Assembly (NCBI GenBank): GCA_964425105.1
Contig: CAYRLE010000001.1
Location: 1 to 60,690 of the forward strand
Source of the DNA: an uncultured Gammaproteobacteria bacterium
GTDB taxonomy: Bacteria; Pseudomonadota; Gammaproteobacteria; SZUA-140
DNA length: 60,690 nt
Direction of reading: 5' to 3'
Both the position numbers and the translations under genes were made by a program. Positions 38,952 to 47,997 of this stretch are shown piece by piece. Positions within the stretch are counted from its first letter, which is position 1; each line of letters starts with the position of its first letter. The notes under the pieces were generated by a model, which saw only the letters and a list, made by a program, of their open reading frames with translations, ran no database searches and had not been told where the DNA came from.

Positions 38952-39768
38952 CCGTATCATCCTCACCGGCGCCTCCAGCGGCATCGGCCGCGCCCTGGCC
39001 CGGCGCCTGGCGGATGGCGGTGCCCGCCTGTTGCTGATCGGACGCCGACAGGAGGCGCTCAACGAAGTTCGTACGGCACTCGGCGACGGTCACCACACCC
39101 TGGCGGCGGATATCAGCACAGCACAGGGACGCCGTGAGGCGGTGGATGCCTGCCATGCCGTGCTGGGCGGAGTCGACGTACTGATCAACAATGCCGGCAT
39201 TTCCAGCTATGCCCTGTTCGACAGGGAGGATCCGGTGCTCAGCGAGCGCATCATCCAGACCAATCTGATGGCACCTATAGCGCTGACCAGGCAGGTGCTG
39301 CCCACCCTGCTGGCACAGGGGCGGGGGCAGATCGTCAACATCGGTTCCGTCTTCGGTGGCATCGGCTTTGCCTGCTTTGCCAGCTATTCCGCCAGCAAGT
39401 TCGGCCTGCGCGGTTTCTCCGAGGCCCTGCGCCGCGAACTAGAAGGCAGCGGTGTCGGGGTGACCTATGTTGCGCCGCGCGCCACCAGGACGGCCATCAA
39501 CAGCCCCACCGTCTACCGGATGATGGCTGCGTTGAAGATGAATCTCGATACCCCGGAGCAGGTGGCGATGCAGATCACCGCGGCGCTGACGGCACAGCGC
39601 AAAGAACGCTGCCTGGGGTGGCCGGAGAAGTTCTTCGTGCGCGTCAATGCCTTGTGGCCGCGCCTGGTGGACAAGGCCCTGCGCGGCCAGACCCGCGAGA
39701 TGAAGAGGATTTTGCAGGAATCCCCGGCAGGGGAAGACGGCAACGACTCCCAGGTTCGGACGCCCTAG
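38935..39768 (+). CDS. Short-chain dehydrogenase/reductase (SDR)
   Basis: TGASSGIGRALA, NNAG, S..YSASK catalytic motif. ATG 38935 follows GAGGAGG and overlaps the previous gene by 17 nt. Confidence 0.9.
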   Translation: MQLQDSRIILTGASSGIGRALARRLADGGARLLLIGRRQEALNEVRTALGDGHHTLAADISTAQGRREAVDACHAVLGGVDVLINNAGISSYALFDREDPVLSERIIQTNLMAPIALTRQVLPTLLAQGRGQIVNIGSVFGGIGFACFASYSASKFGLRGFSEALRRELEGSGVGVTYVAPRATRTAINSPTVYRMMAALKMNLDTPEQVAMQITAALTAQRKERCLGWPEKFFVRVNALWPRLVDKALRGQTREMKRILQESPAGEDGNDSQVRTP

Positions 39769-40721
39769 CCTGGAAAGAAGTCGATGGGATAGGTGACGCG
39801 GGTGACGGCCACCTCCATGGCGCCGAAGTCGAACATCTTGATGCGCGCCACCAGGCGCCGCTCAAGCTTCGGGTTGTCCAGTTCACTGCTAATGATTTCG
39901 CAGGCGCTGACCTTGCCCTCGGGGCTGATGGTCAATTGCAACACCACCTTGCCCTGCAGGGTGGAGTCGCGGCGCAGGGCGCGGTTGTAGAGGGCGTAGA
40001 GCTTGCCCTTGTTGCGGTCGAACACCAGCTGGATGTCCTCGTCGCTGCGCCGCGGCAGGCCGGCTGCCCCGCTGCGTCCGCTGGTGGGTCGCTGCTCGAT
40101 CTGCGCCAGCTTGCTCTGCACCCGTGACGTCTGATGGCTGCCCACCAGGCGGGTCTTGCCGGTGTCGCGGCTCAGCCGGGCCGTGTCGATGCCGCCGCTG
40201 GTCTGCGTGGCGCGCCGGGTGATGACGGCGCGCTGCACCTTGGGCGCCTTGCCAGCGGTGGATTTCCTCAGGGTCTGTTTGCGCACGCTGGCGATGGCGC
40301 TGTTTTTGCGCAGTGCCGCCAGTTCGCTGCTAAAGGCCAGCAGTCCGGAGCGCGCGGCCTTCTCGCGTGCCGCCGGGCGTGGCTTGGATGCCGGCTTGGG
40401 GGCGGGCTTTTGCGCCTTGGGAGGCTGCTTCTTGGCTGCTGTCTTCTTCTCCACAGGCTTGGGTTGCGGTCTGGGTTCCGGCTTGACCACGGGCATGGGT
40501 GGTGGTGGCGCTTTGTGCGCCATGAGCAGGCGGGCATAGCGTGGCGGCACGGCCGGCGCCAGGTCCTGCAGGGTCTGCGGGACGGGGAGCAGGGGCATCA
40601 CCACGGAGAACAGCAGGGCCAGGGCGGTGACCGCCGCCAGGATGCGCCGGAAACGCTGCTGGTCCTGCGGCGAGGCCGACCAGGGCAAGTCAGCGGCGTG
40701 ATAGAAGACTGTCGCCGTCAT
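39765..40721 (-). CDS. TonB-like energy transducer (AgmX/GltG-like C-terminal domain suspected)
   Basis: N-terminal anchor (ILAAVTALALLFSVVMPLL), a Pro/Lys-rich spacer (PPPPMPVVKPEPRPQPKPVEKK..KPAPKPASKPRP) and a C-terminal TonB_C-like domain (GKVVLQLTISPEGKVSACEIISS..VTYPIDFFP). ATGA overlap with the upstream exbD. Confidence 0.8.
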   Translation of the reverse strand: MTATVFYHAADLPWSASPQDQQRFRRILAAVTALALLFSVVMPLLPVPQTLQDLAPAVPPRYARLLMAHKAPPPPMPVVKPEPRPQPKPVEKKTAAKKQPPKAQKPAPKPASKPRPAAREKAARSGLLAFSSELAALRKNSAIASVRKQTLRKSTAGKAPKVQRAVITRRATQTSGGIDTARLSRDTGKTRLVGSHQTSRVQSKLAQIEQRPTSGRSGAAGLPRRSDEDIQLVFDRNKGKLYALYNRALRRDSTLQGKVVLQLTISPEGKVSACEIISSELDNPKLERRLVARIKMFDFGAMEVAVTRVTYPIDFFPG

Positions 40722-41215
40722 GCCTCTTCTCCGCCTTTCTGCATCACCGCCAACGAGACCTTGCCGTAGCGGGCCAGAGTACAGCTGACCATGACCTTCT
40801 TCAGCAGGCGGTAGGGGATCTCGCGGTCGCCCATGATAGTGACCTCGGGGCCGGCGCCGTCACGGTTCCGCAGGCGGCGGGCGGCCTGTTGTTCCAGTGC
40901 ATCCTGCAGGGCTTTGATGGCCGGGCCGCGCTCCGCCAGGGCCGCGGACACGCTGGCCACCTTGCGGCCCTGCACCAGGATATCCTTGTCGGTGACCAGG
41001 ACCACCACGGTTTCGCGGGGCTTCTCCTCGGCAATGGACTGGGGCAGCTCGATGGTCTTGGCGCTGGGCAATACCTCGACGTCGGAGGAATTCACCAGCA
41101 GGAAGAACACCAGGATGGTGAAGATGTCCATCAGTGACACCAGGTTGAGCGGTGCCGCGCGGCGGTTGCGTTTGTGGTGGCGCGCCATGCGCTGGGCGCG
41201 GCGGGATTTTTCCAT
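40718..41215 (-). CDS. exbD: ExbD/TolR-family protein (second of two paralogs)
   Basis: APLNLVSLMDIFTILVFFLL TM segment and a periplasmic domain. The start ATG sits 5 nt after AGGAGG, which overlaps the upstream TAA stop. Confidence 0.85.
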   Translation of the reverse strand: MEKSRRAQRMARHHKRNRRAAPLNLVSLMDIFTILVFFLLVNSSDVEVLPSAKTIELPQSIAEEKPRETVVVLVTDKDILVQGRKVASVSAALAERGPAIKALQDALEQQAARRLRNRDGAGPEVTIMGDREIPYRLLKKVMVSCTLARYGKVSLAVMQKGGEEA

Positions 41216-41225
41216 GTCCGCCTCC

Positions 41226-41735
41226 TTAGCGTCTGGCTTGTTTGATGGCGGCCGGCGGGGCGTCGCCGATGGAGATATCCGGGAACAGTTCGATCTTGAG
41301 GTGCCGCCCGCCCTGTTCCAGCACGGCCACGCGCACCGTGTCCATGACCTGCACCAGTGCGTCGTAGGGGATCTCGGGTTCCAGGAGCAGGGTGATGTCG
41401 GTCTTCTCCGGGTGTTGCGCCTTGATCTGCTGGAGCAGCGCAGAGACCCTGTCCAGGTCGTAGCCGCCATCCTTTTTTGCCACCACCACGGCGCCGCCGC
41501 CCTGTTGCGCCACCTCGATGGCGTCGCGGCGCAGAATCACTTCCAGGTGCAGGACCGGTTTCTGCGGCGCCGCACCTGCGGCGTCAGCGGGCAGGTTGAG
41601 TTCCAGGATGGCGATGCGCGAGAACACCGCGGTGATGAGCAGGAAGGGCACCAGGATCACCATCAGGTTCATGAAGGCGGTGATGTTCATCTCCGCCGGT
41701 TCCTGGAGGCGGCTGCTGCGCCAGCGGCGGTTCAT
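41226..41735 (-). CDS. exbD: ExbD/TolR-family protein (first of two paralogs)
   Basis: MNITAFMNLMVILVPFLLI TM segment and a periplasmic domain (ITLLLEPEIPYDALVQVMDTV). ATGA overlap with exbB. Confidence 0.85.
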   Translation of the reverse strand: MNRRWRSSRLQEPAEMNITAFMNLMVILVPFLLITAVFSRIAILELNLPADAAGAAPQKPVLHLEVILRRDAIEVAQQGGGAVVVAKKDGGYDLDRVSALLQQIKAQHPEKTDITLLLEPEIPYDALVQVMDTVRVAVLEQGGRHLKIELFPDISIGDAPPAAIKQARR

Positions 41736-42376
41736 CGCGCCGCTTCCGCCCGCTCGGTGACCATGTTGAGGAACTTCACCGAGGCCATCTCCAGGCTGTC
41801 CACCAGTTCCACGGTCTTGGTCTGGAGCACGGTGTGCATGAGCAGCAGGGGAATGGCCACGATGAGGCCGAAGGCGGTGGTGTTCATGGCCACCGAGATG
41901 CTGGCGGAGAGCATGTCGGCCTTCTCTGCGGGGTTGGCCGCCGACACTGCGGTGAAGGCCTGGATCAGGCCGATGATGGTGCCCAGCAGGCCCAGCAGGG
42001 TGGCGATGTTGGCGAAGGTGGCCAGGTAGTGGGTGCGTTTCTCCAGTTGGGGGATGACCTCCATCAGGCCCTCCTCCATGGCGGTGCCGATGTCGTCGCG
42101 GCGCCGCGCCGTGGTGGTGCGGCTCAGGCCGTAGTGGAGCACTTTGCCGATGGCCGTGCTGGACTTGGCCAGCAGGCTCCCGGCCCGCTTGAAGTCACCC
42201 TGGCGTAACAGCGGCTGCAGTGAACTCCACAGCTTGCGGTTGGTGGTGCGCGACAGGGTCAGGTAGACATAGCGTTCCACGGCGATGGCCACGCCCAGGG
42301 CGAGCACCAGCACGATGGGATACATGAACAGTCCGCCGGTCTGGAAGAACTGCACGATGGCGTTGTAGGCGTCCAT
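41732..42376 (-). CDS. exbB: MotA/TolQ/ExbB proton-channel protein
   Basis: Three TM helices, with the conserved C-terminal half (LATFANIATLLGLLGTIIGLIQAF...AMNTTAFGLIVAIP). AAGGAG RBS; starts 3 nt after the upstream stop. Confidence 0.9.
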   Translation of the reverse strand: MDAYNAIVQFFQTGGLFMYPIVLVLALGVAIAVERYVYLTLSRTTNRKLWSSLQPLLRQGDFKRAGSLLAKSSTAIGKVLHYGLSRTTTARRRDDIGTAMEEGLMEVIPQLEKRTHYLATFANIATLLGLLGTIIGLIQAFTAVSAANPAEKADMLSASISVAMNTTAFGLIVAIPLLLMHTVLQTKTVELVDSLEMASVKFLNMVTERAEAAR

Positions 42377-42379
42377 AAT

Positions 42380-42673
42380 TCACTCCTTGCTTGTTTGGCT
42401 GTGGGTTTCACGGTTGAAGGCATTGAAATAGTCCAGCTGGCGGCGCAGAACCTCGCGGTCCACGGGCTCCAGGGCCTGGTCGTAGAGGGTGCTGAAGGGG
42501 CGCACCACCATCTGGCCGGGCTCGGCTTGTTTCCAGGGCACGATGTAGAGCACCTTGGGCAGTTCGCGGTTGCCGATGATGGTGGTGCCTTCCATCTCGA
42601 TGGCATCTCCCGCCAGGGCGGCGCCTGCCAGCAGGGCGCTGCAGAGCAGCAGCGGCGCAGTGAGCAGCTTCAT
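42380..42673 (-). CDS. Small secreted protein (~97 aa) of unknown function, coupled to exbB
   Basis: Signal peptide MKLLTAPLLLCSALLAGAALA. Has an ELPKVLYIVPWK motif. ATGA overlap with the upstream TPR gene. Confidence 0.55.
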   Translation of the reverse strand: MKLLTAPLLLCSALLAGAALAGDAIEMEGTTIIGNRELPKVLYIVPWKQAEPGQMVVRPFSTLYDQALEPVDREVLRRQLDYFNAFNRETHSQTSKE

Positions 42674-43302
42674 GGCTGATTCTCCTCGTTGCGGGCTAGG
42701 GCCTGCAGGCGCTGGCGCAGGTCCACGATCCACAGCTGGATGGTACGCTCTTCCTTCCCGCTGAGTGCCTGGTAGCGCTGATAGTGTTGCAGGGCCAGTG
42801 CAGGCTGCTGCAGATAGAGATCGTAGAGGATGCCCACATTGAGATGGGCGTTGGCGTAGTCCGGGTCCGCCGCCAGGGCCTGTTCATAGGCGCGTCGCGC
42901 TGCCTGGAAGTCTCCACTCTGGCGTTGCAGGATGCCTATCTGGTTGTGGGCGGCGGCCAGCTTGGGGTTGAGGCGCGCGGCCGCCTGCAAGGACGAGAGC
43001 GCCGCAGCGCGTCGTTCCGTGCGTGCATAGATCAGTCCCAGGTTGAAGCGTGGGCCTGCCAGGTCGGGGCGGGCCTGGATCACTGCCTGCAGCGGGGCCT
43101 CGGCGGCGGCGTAATCGCCTGCGGCCATGGCGTCCAGGGCCTGGCGGTATTGCTGCGCCAGGGGAGGCGCCAGGGGCGCCGGCGCGGTGGCCTGCTCCTG
43201 TTCCAGGGGCAGGGTGCTGCAGGCCGTCAGCATCATGATCAGCAGGGCGCTGAAGACAGCCAGGGACGCATGGTGGAAAAACGCAGCGCCGTAATCCACC
43301 AA
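42670..43302 (-). CDS. TPR-repeat lipoprotein
   Basis: Lipobox IMMLTACS and three or four TPR units (RFNLGLIYAR.., AHNQIGILQRQSGDF.AR.AYEQAL..DP.YANAHLNVGILY). TTG 43302 or GTG 43299 after GAGGAA is preferred; the ORF-track ATG 43362 would overlap the upstream gene. Confidence 0.75.
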   Translation of the reverse strand: MVDYGAAFFHHASLAVFSALLIMMLTACSTLPLEQEQATAPAPLAPPLAQQYRQALDAMAAGDYAAAEAPLQAVIQARPDLAGPRFNLGLIYARTERRAAALSSLQAAARLNPKLAAAHNQIGILQRQSGDFQAARRAYEQALAADPDYANAHLNVGILYDLYLQQPALALQHYQRYQALSGKEERTIQLWIVDLRQRLQALARNEENQP

Positions 43303-43315
43303 TAAAATCCGTTCC

Positions 43316-46114
43316 TCAGTGAATGGCTTCGACAAGATCCTCGCTCCTTTCCGTCTTGGCATAGCGCACCGGCAGCAGTTCCGCCAGCTGCCGGAAGCTG
43401 GCCTTCACCCAGCGATCGTAGATGCCCTCGGCGGCGTGCCTGCTGTTGACCTCGTGCAGGGCGATGGCCTCCTCTTCGAAGGGGTAGGCCTGTTCCTCCA
43501 GCAGGATGTCGTACTGCTCCAGTTCCTCTTCCGAGAGGCCCTTGGGTCGCTGGGATTCCAGCAGGGCGCGGCTGAAATCGTGGTAGATCTCGGCGATGTC
43601 GAAGGTAGCGGCGGTGGCGACTTCGGCGATGCCGTAGTCAGCCGCCTGCTGGTAGGCCGCCAGCGCCTTTTCCATGCGCTGTTTCTTGGTCTTGAGGGAT
43701 TTCTCCAGCGGCGCCTTCAGGGCCACCTTGCGGAACGCCGCCAGTGCCGGCCGCGCCAGCACCAGGGCCGCCTGGGCGGCCAGTGAACGGCTGCGCTCGC
43801 TGCGCGCAGCACCCGCCGTACGGTCGGCCTCCATGATGCTGCGCAGCCAGTAGTGATAACGGCGCGTGTTGCCCACCGCGAGGTTGAGTTCCGCCAGGCG
43901 CTGACGGGCCTCCAGGGCCATGGCGAAGGGCTGGGGGAAGTCTTTCAGATAGCGCTTGTAGGCCGCCGCGGCCTTGCTCGTCTTGTCGGCCTTGGCATAC
44001 ATTTCCGCGGCGCGCCACAGGGCCTCGCGGCGCAGGGCAGGCTCGCCGCCGCCAGTGCCGATGCGTTCGAATTCCTGCGCCGCCGCCTCTGTACGGCCGC
44101 TCTCCAGGTAGGCGGTGGCCAGTTTGATGGGGATCTCCGCCTGCAGCGGGTGGCCGGGATGCTGCTTGCGGAAGGCCTCCAGCACTCGGATGGCCTGAGG
44201 CCATTGCTGCAGGGTGATGAAGGCGGCGGCGGCATCGTATTCGGCGGTGGCGCGGATGGCGGAGCCGGGGGCGGCCTCGGCGACTTGCAGGAAGAGCTCG
44301 GCGGCGCCCGCCAGGTCGCCGGCGGCGCGCAGGGCCTCGCCCTGTTTGTAGATACTGGAGGCCAGGCGCTCCACGATGGCTGCCCGTTTGTCGTCGCTGC
44401 GCGCCATGAGGGCCAGGGCCCGGCGGTAGGCCGTCTCCGCCGCCGGGAAGTCCTGGCGGTCGAAGGCGCTGTGGCCCAGCACCAGCCAGGCGGACAGGCG
44501 CAGGGGTGCAGCAGGGGCGGGCTGCATGGCCAGCAGGCGCTGCGCCACCACGGTGGCGGCTTCCTCTTCTCCCAGGGTGAAATAGTCCTGGGCCGCCTTG
44601 GCCAGGGCGGGCGCCGCCTCGGGGTGAGAGGGATAACGGTCAGCGAAGCGCAGGCTGCTGGCCAGGGCGCGGCGCTGCCAGCGGGTTTTCTCGGCATCCT
44701 TCAAGAGAGCGGCCCGTTTCTCGTAGGCGACGAGGGCGGCATGGGCCGCCTTGGCGCCCCGCGGATGGAGGGCATAGTCATAGGCGGTCTGTTCATAGGC
44801 CAGGGCCGCCTCGAGGTAGCGGTGATCCTCGAACAGGGCCTCGGCCAACAGGTAGTGGAGTTCCGGCGCATCTTGCGCAGTGGGAAAATAGGCCAGGTAA
44901 CGACGATACCAGTGCACGGCCTGTTCGTAGTCGGCATCCGTGGGGTTGTGCTGGGCGCGGGCATGGAAATGGCGCGCCAGTTCGGCGATGGTGGTTCTCA
45001 GATAGGCCACGGTGTCGGGTAGTTCCGCTCTTGCATGCTGTTGCCAGAAGGCCTGGTCCAGGCCGTATTGTTCAGCGAGGGCGATCTTGCTCTCCAGCAC
45101 CTGCGAGGGAAAGCCGCCATTCCGGTAGGCCGCGGTGGCGCGCATGAGAAAGGCCGGCGCCAGGCGCTCCATGGGGTTGCGGCGGGCATAGCCCTGGAAG
45201 GCGAGAGCGGCATCGTGAAAGCGTTCCTTGTCCAGGTACAACTCACCCAGGCTGGCGTAGACGCGGTCTTCGTAGCCGCTGCCGGGATGGGCCGCGAAAT
45301 AACTGTCGACACTGGCGGTGCCATCCAGATAGGAGAAGGCCAGGCTGACCACGCGCAGGGTGTCGTCCACCAGTTCCTGCTCTGCCCGGCTCAGTACCGC
45401 AGGCGGCTCGCTGTCCTTGGGGGTGGGTGCCAGCCTGCTGTCGAGGATAGAGAAGAAGGCCTCCAGGGCATTGCCGTAGGCCTCCTGCTTGAACAGGGCC
45501 CAGCCATATTTGTAAAGGGCCTGTTGATAAAAGGGGGTTTGCTCACCGAAGGCCAGCACGGCCTCGTAGGCGCGCCCGGCCAGCAGGTAGTCGCGGCGCA
45601 GAAAGAGCATCTCGGCGCGCCGGAAGTGGGCCTCGGCCACATAGGGGGAATCCGGATATTCCTCCACCAGGCGCTGCAGCGTATCGAGGGCCTCCTCCAT
45701 GCGCCCGCTGTCGTCATAGGCGCGGGCCAGCTGATAGAGCACGCGGTCGTTGCCGGCCTGCCGCGGATAAGTGGCCAGCAGGTCCCGGTAGAGGCGGATG
45801 GCAGCCTCGGGGTCGGCGTCTTCTTCGTGTTGGGCAGCGGTTTGGCTGGCCTCGTCCGCAACGCCTATTTCCAACTGCAGGTCGGCGAGGCGGCGCATGG
45901 CTTCCACCTCCAGGGGCGCGCCCGGGTGGGTAGCGAGAAATTCCCGGTAGCGCTGCAGGGCCTGCAGGCGGCTGCTTTCTATGGCACTGTCGGTCTCGAT
46001 CACGATGTTGCGTTGCTCCAGGTCTTTCAGGGTCTGCACTTGCTGGCGCTGCAGGGGCAGGCAGGCACTGAGCAGCAGGGCCATGCCAGGCAGCAGCCAG
46101 GTCTTGCTCCTCAT
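43316..46114 (-). CDS. Large (932 aa) periplasmic TPR-repeat lipoprotein (GltD/NfsD-like scaffold suspected)
   Basis: Lipobox LLLSACLP. TPR-like helical repeats run through essentially the whole length. ATGA overlap with the upstream gene. Confidence 0.8.
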   Translation of the reverse strand: MRSKTWLLPGMALLLSACLPLQRQQVQTLKDLEQRNIVIETDSAIESSRLQALQRYREFLATHPGAPLEVEAMRRLADLQLEIGVADEASQTAAQHEEDADPEAAIRLYRDLLATYPRQAGNDRVLYQLARAYDDSGRMEEALDTLQRLVEEYPDSPYVAEAHFRRAEMLFLRRDYLLAGRAYEAVLAFGEQTPFYQQALYKYGWALFKQEAYGNALEAFFSILDSRLAPTPKDSEPPAVLSRAEQELVDDTLRVVSLAFSYLDGTASVDSYFAAHPGSGYEDRVYASLGELYLDKERFHDAALAFQGYARRNPMERLAPAFLMRATAAYRNGGFPSQVLESKIALAEQYGLDQAFWQQHARAELPDTVAYLRTTIAELARHFHARAQHNPTDADYEQAVHWYRRYLAYFPTAQDAPELHYLLAEALFEDHRYLEAALAYEQTAYDYALHPRGAKAAHAALVAYEKRAALLKDAEKTRWQRRALASSLRFADRYPSHPEAAPALAKAAQDYFTLGEEEAATVVAQRLLAMQPAPAAPLRLSAWLVLGHSAFDRQDFPAAETAYRRALALMARSDDKRAAIVERLASSIYKQGEALRAAGDLAGAAELFLQVAEAAPGSAIRATAEYDAAAAFITLQQWPQAIRVLEAFRKQHPGHPLQAEIPIKLATAYLESGRTEAAAQEFERIGTGGGEPALRREALWRAAEMYAKADKTSKAAAAYKRYLKDFPQPFAMALEARQRLAELNLAVGNTRRYHYWLRSIMEADRTAGAARSERSRSLAAQAALVLARPALAAFRKVALKAPLEKSLKTKKQRMEKALAAYQQAADYGIAEVATAATFDIAEIYHDFSRALLESQRPKGLSEEELEQYDILLEEQAYPFEEEAIALHEVNSRHAAEGIYDRWVKASFRQLAELLPVRYAKTERSEDLVEAIH

Positions 46115-47997
46115 GGCTGCGCCACCTTCTTGTCCGCCGCCAGGTCGTAGATGCGTGCCAGGCCGAAGCGGGCCTGGACTTCATAGGCCCGCAGGCGTTC
46201 CTCGCGCTGGGCCAGGGTGCGCAGTACCAGAGTGCGCAGGTAGGCCTCGTGGTGTTCCTTGGCGGCGGTGACGCGCGCCTGCAGGTCTCCGAGGCGCGCC
46301 TGCAGCGTGGCGATACGCTGGTCGTAACCGGCGAAACCGCGCGGCGCCTGTTGCTTGGCCGCGGCCAGGCTGCGGCGTTGCTTGCCAGCTTCATCCAGGG
46401 CCGAATCCAGCGCCCTGAGGTGCTTGCGCAGCGTCCACAGCCGGGCCTTGTAGTCCTGGGCCAGGCGCCAGCGGTAGACACCTTGCAGCAGGCGCAGTTT
46501 TTCCCGCTGGGGGTTTAGGGCATCCTCTTCCCCGTGGCGCTGTAGCAGGGTGGCGGCCTTCTCCAGTCTGGCCTGGAGGCGCAGTTCCTTTGCCGTGGCC
46601 AGCGCCGTGGCATCTTCCCTGGCGGTGATGTCCCGCAGCTGGGCGGCATAAGCGTCGCGTTGGCGGCGCACCGCCGCCGGGTCCAGGCGCCGATAGCCGG
46701 CCTCGATGCGCGGTAGGCGCTGTTCATAGCCCAGGCGGCGCAGGGCCAGCATGTCCTGGAAGGCCGCGGTGTTGCGCTGCCAGCGTTCCAGGTCGCGCGC
46801 CAGGAAGCGCAGTTCGCGGTAATTGCGCAGCACGGCCTGAAATTCATTGCCCGCCAGCAGGCGCAGCAATTCGCTGTTTTGGGCCTCCGCCGGGGGATTG
46901 CGCAGCTGCCACAGCCAGCCGCGGCTCTTGTCCTCGTCCTTGCTCAGCAGCAGTTCGGCAATGCCCTGGTCACGAACCTCCTTGCCGAGGGCTCGGACGT
47001 GCTGCCGTTCCGCCACCAGGGCATCGACGGCCTGCTGGTAGCGCTGCGCTGCCTGGCCATAGACGCCGGCTTCCACGAGGGCATAGGGTATCGCGAGCAG
47101 GGCTTCCTGGACTGCAGGTTCCGTCACACTTCGCCCACTCAGTTCCTCCCAGGGCACCAGTGCCCGCGACAGTCTGCCAGCGGCGAATTCGGCCCAGCCC
47201 AGGCCCAGCAGGGCGGGAGCGGCGGACAGGCCCTGGAGACGGACCTGCTGCAGGCGCTGCGCGGCGTCTGCGGCCTGCCGGTCACGCAGATGGATATAGC
47301 CCAGGGCGAGATTGGCCTTGTCGCGCAGGGCCAGCAGTTCCTCGTCCTGTGTCTGCAGGGCGCCGACCTCGGCCAGTAGATCCAACCCTTCCGCGCGCTG
47401 TCCGTCGCGCACCAGGGCGACGCCCAGGTTGAAGCGGGCATAGGCAGCCCACAGGTGGGAGCGGGTGGGGGCGGCCAGCAGGCGCGCGGCACTTGTGTAG
47501 TCCCCCAGGTCCATCAACACCCGGCTGCGCAGCAGGCGGGCCTCGTCGCGCAGTTCCACGGGCAGCGCCTGCTCATGCACCTTGTCCAGGGCGGCGGCGG
47601 CCTTGTCGGCATAAGCGTTTCGCTGCCAGATCCTGGCCAGGTGGAACCATGCCTGATTGCGCAGCGCTGGGTCGTCATTTTGGTCCAGTAGCCGGGTGAA
47701 GACCCGTTCGGCCTGGTCATGGAGGCCATAGGAGAGCAGCAGGCCGCCTTCCAGCAATTCTGCCTCTACGCGGTGGTGAGGCAGCTGCCCGCGCTGCAGG
47801 GCAGCCTGGAGGCGAGTAATGGCGCTGAAATAGTCTTCCTGGTAAAAGTCGAACAGCACTTCTCCATAGGCCAGATCGCGCACCGCCTGGGGGTGGGGCG
47901 CGGCAGCGGCCTGCGGACCCAGCAGGGCCAGCATGAACAGCAGCAGGGAGAGATGCCGGTGGAGGCCCATGGCTCTGGGAGTAAGTTTCAGTCCCAT
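46111..47997 (-). CDS. Secreted TPR + coiled-coil protein (628 aa)
   Basis: Signal peptide (LSLLLFMLALLGPQAAA), an N-terminal TPR-like half and a C-terminal Arg/Leu/Ala-rich coiled coil. The start is ATG 47997 or ATG 47970. Confidence 0.7.
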   Translation of the reverse strand: MGLKLTPRAMGLHRHLSLLLFMLALLGPQAAAAPHPQAVRDLAYGEVLFDFYQEDYFSAITRLQAALQRGQLPHHRVEAELLEGGLLLSYGLHDQAERVFTRLLDQNDDPALRNQAWFHLARIWQRNAYADKAAAALDKVHEQALPVELRDEARLLRSRVLMDLGDYTSAARLLAAPTRSHLWAAYARFNLGVALVRDGQRAEGLDLLAEVGALQTQDEELLALRDKANLALGYIHLRDRQAADAAQRLQQVRLQGLSAAPALLGLGWAEFAAGRLSRALVPWEELSGRSVTEPAVQEALLAIPYALVEAGVYGQAAQRYQQAVDALVAERQHVRALGKEVRDQGIAELLLSKDEDKSRGWLWQLRNPPAEAQNSELLRLLAGNEFQAVLRNYRELRFLARDLERWQRNTAAFQDMLALRRLGYEQRLPRIEAGYRRLDPAAVRRQRDAYAAQLRDITAREDATALATAKELRLQARLEKAATLLQRHGEEDALNPQREKLRLLQGVYRWRLAQDYKARLWTLRKHLRALDSALDEAGKQRRSLAAAKQQAPRGFAGYDQRIATLQARLGDLQARVTAAKEHHEAYLRTLVLRTLAQREERLRAYEVQARFGLARIYDLAADKKVAQP

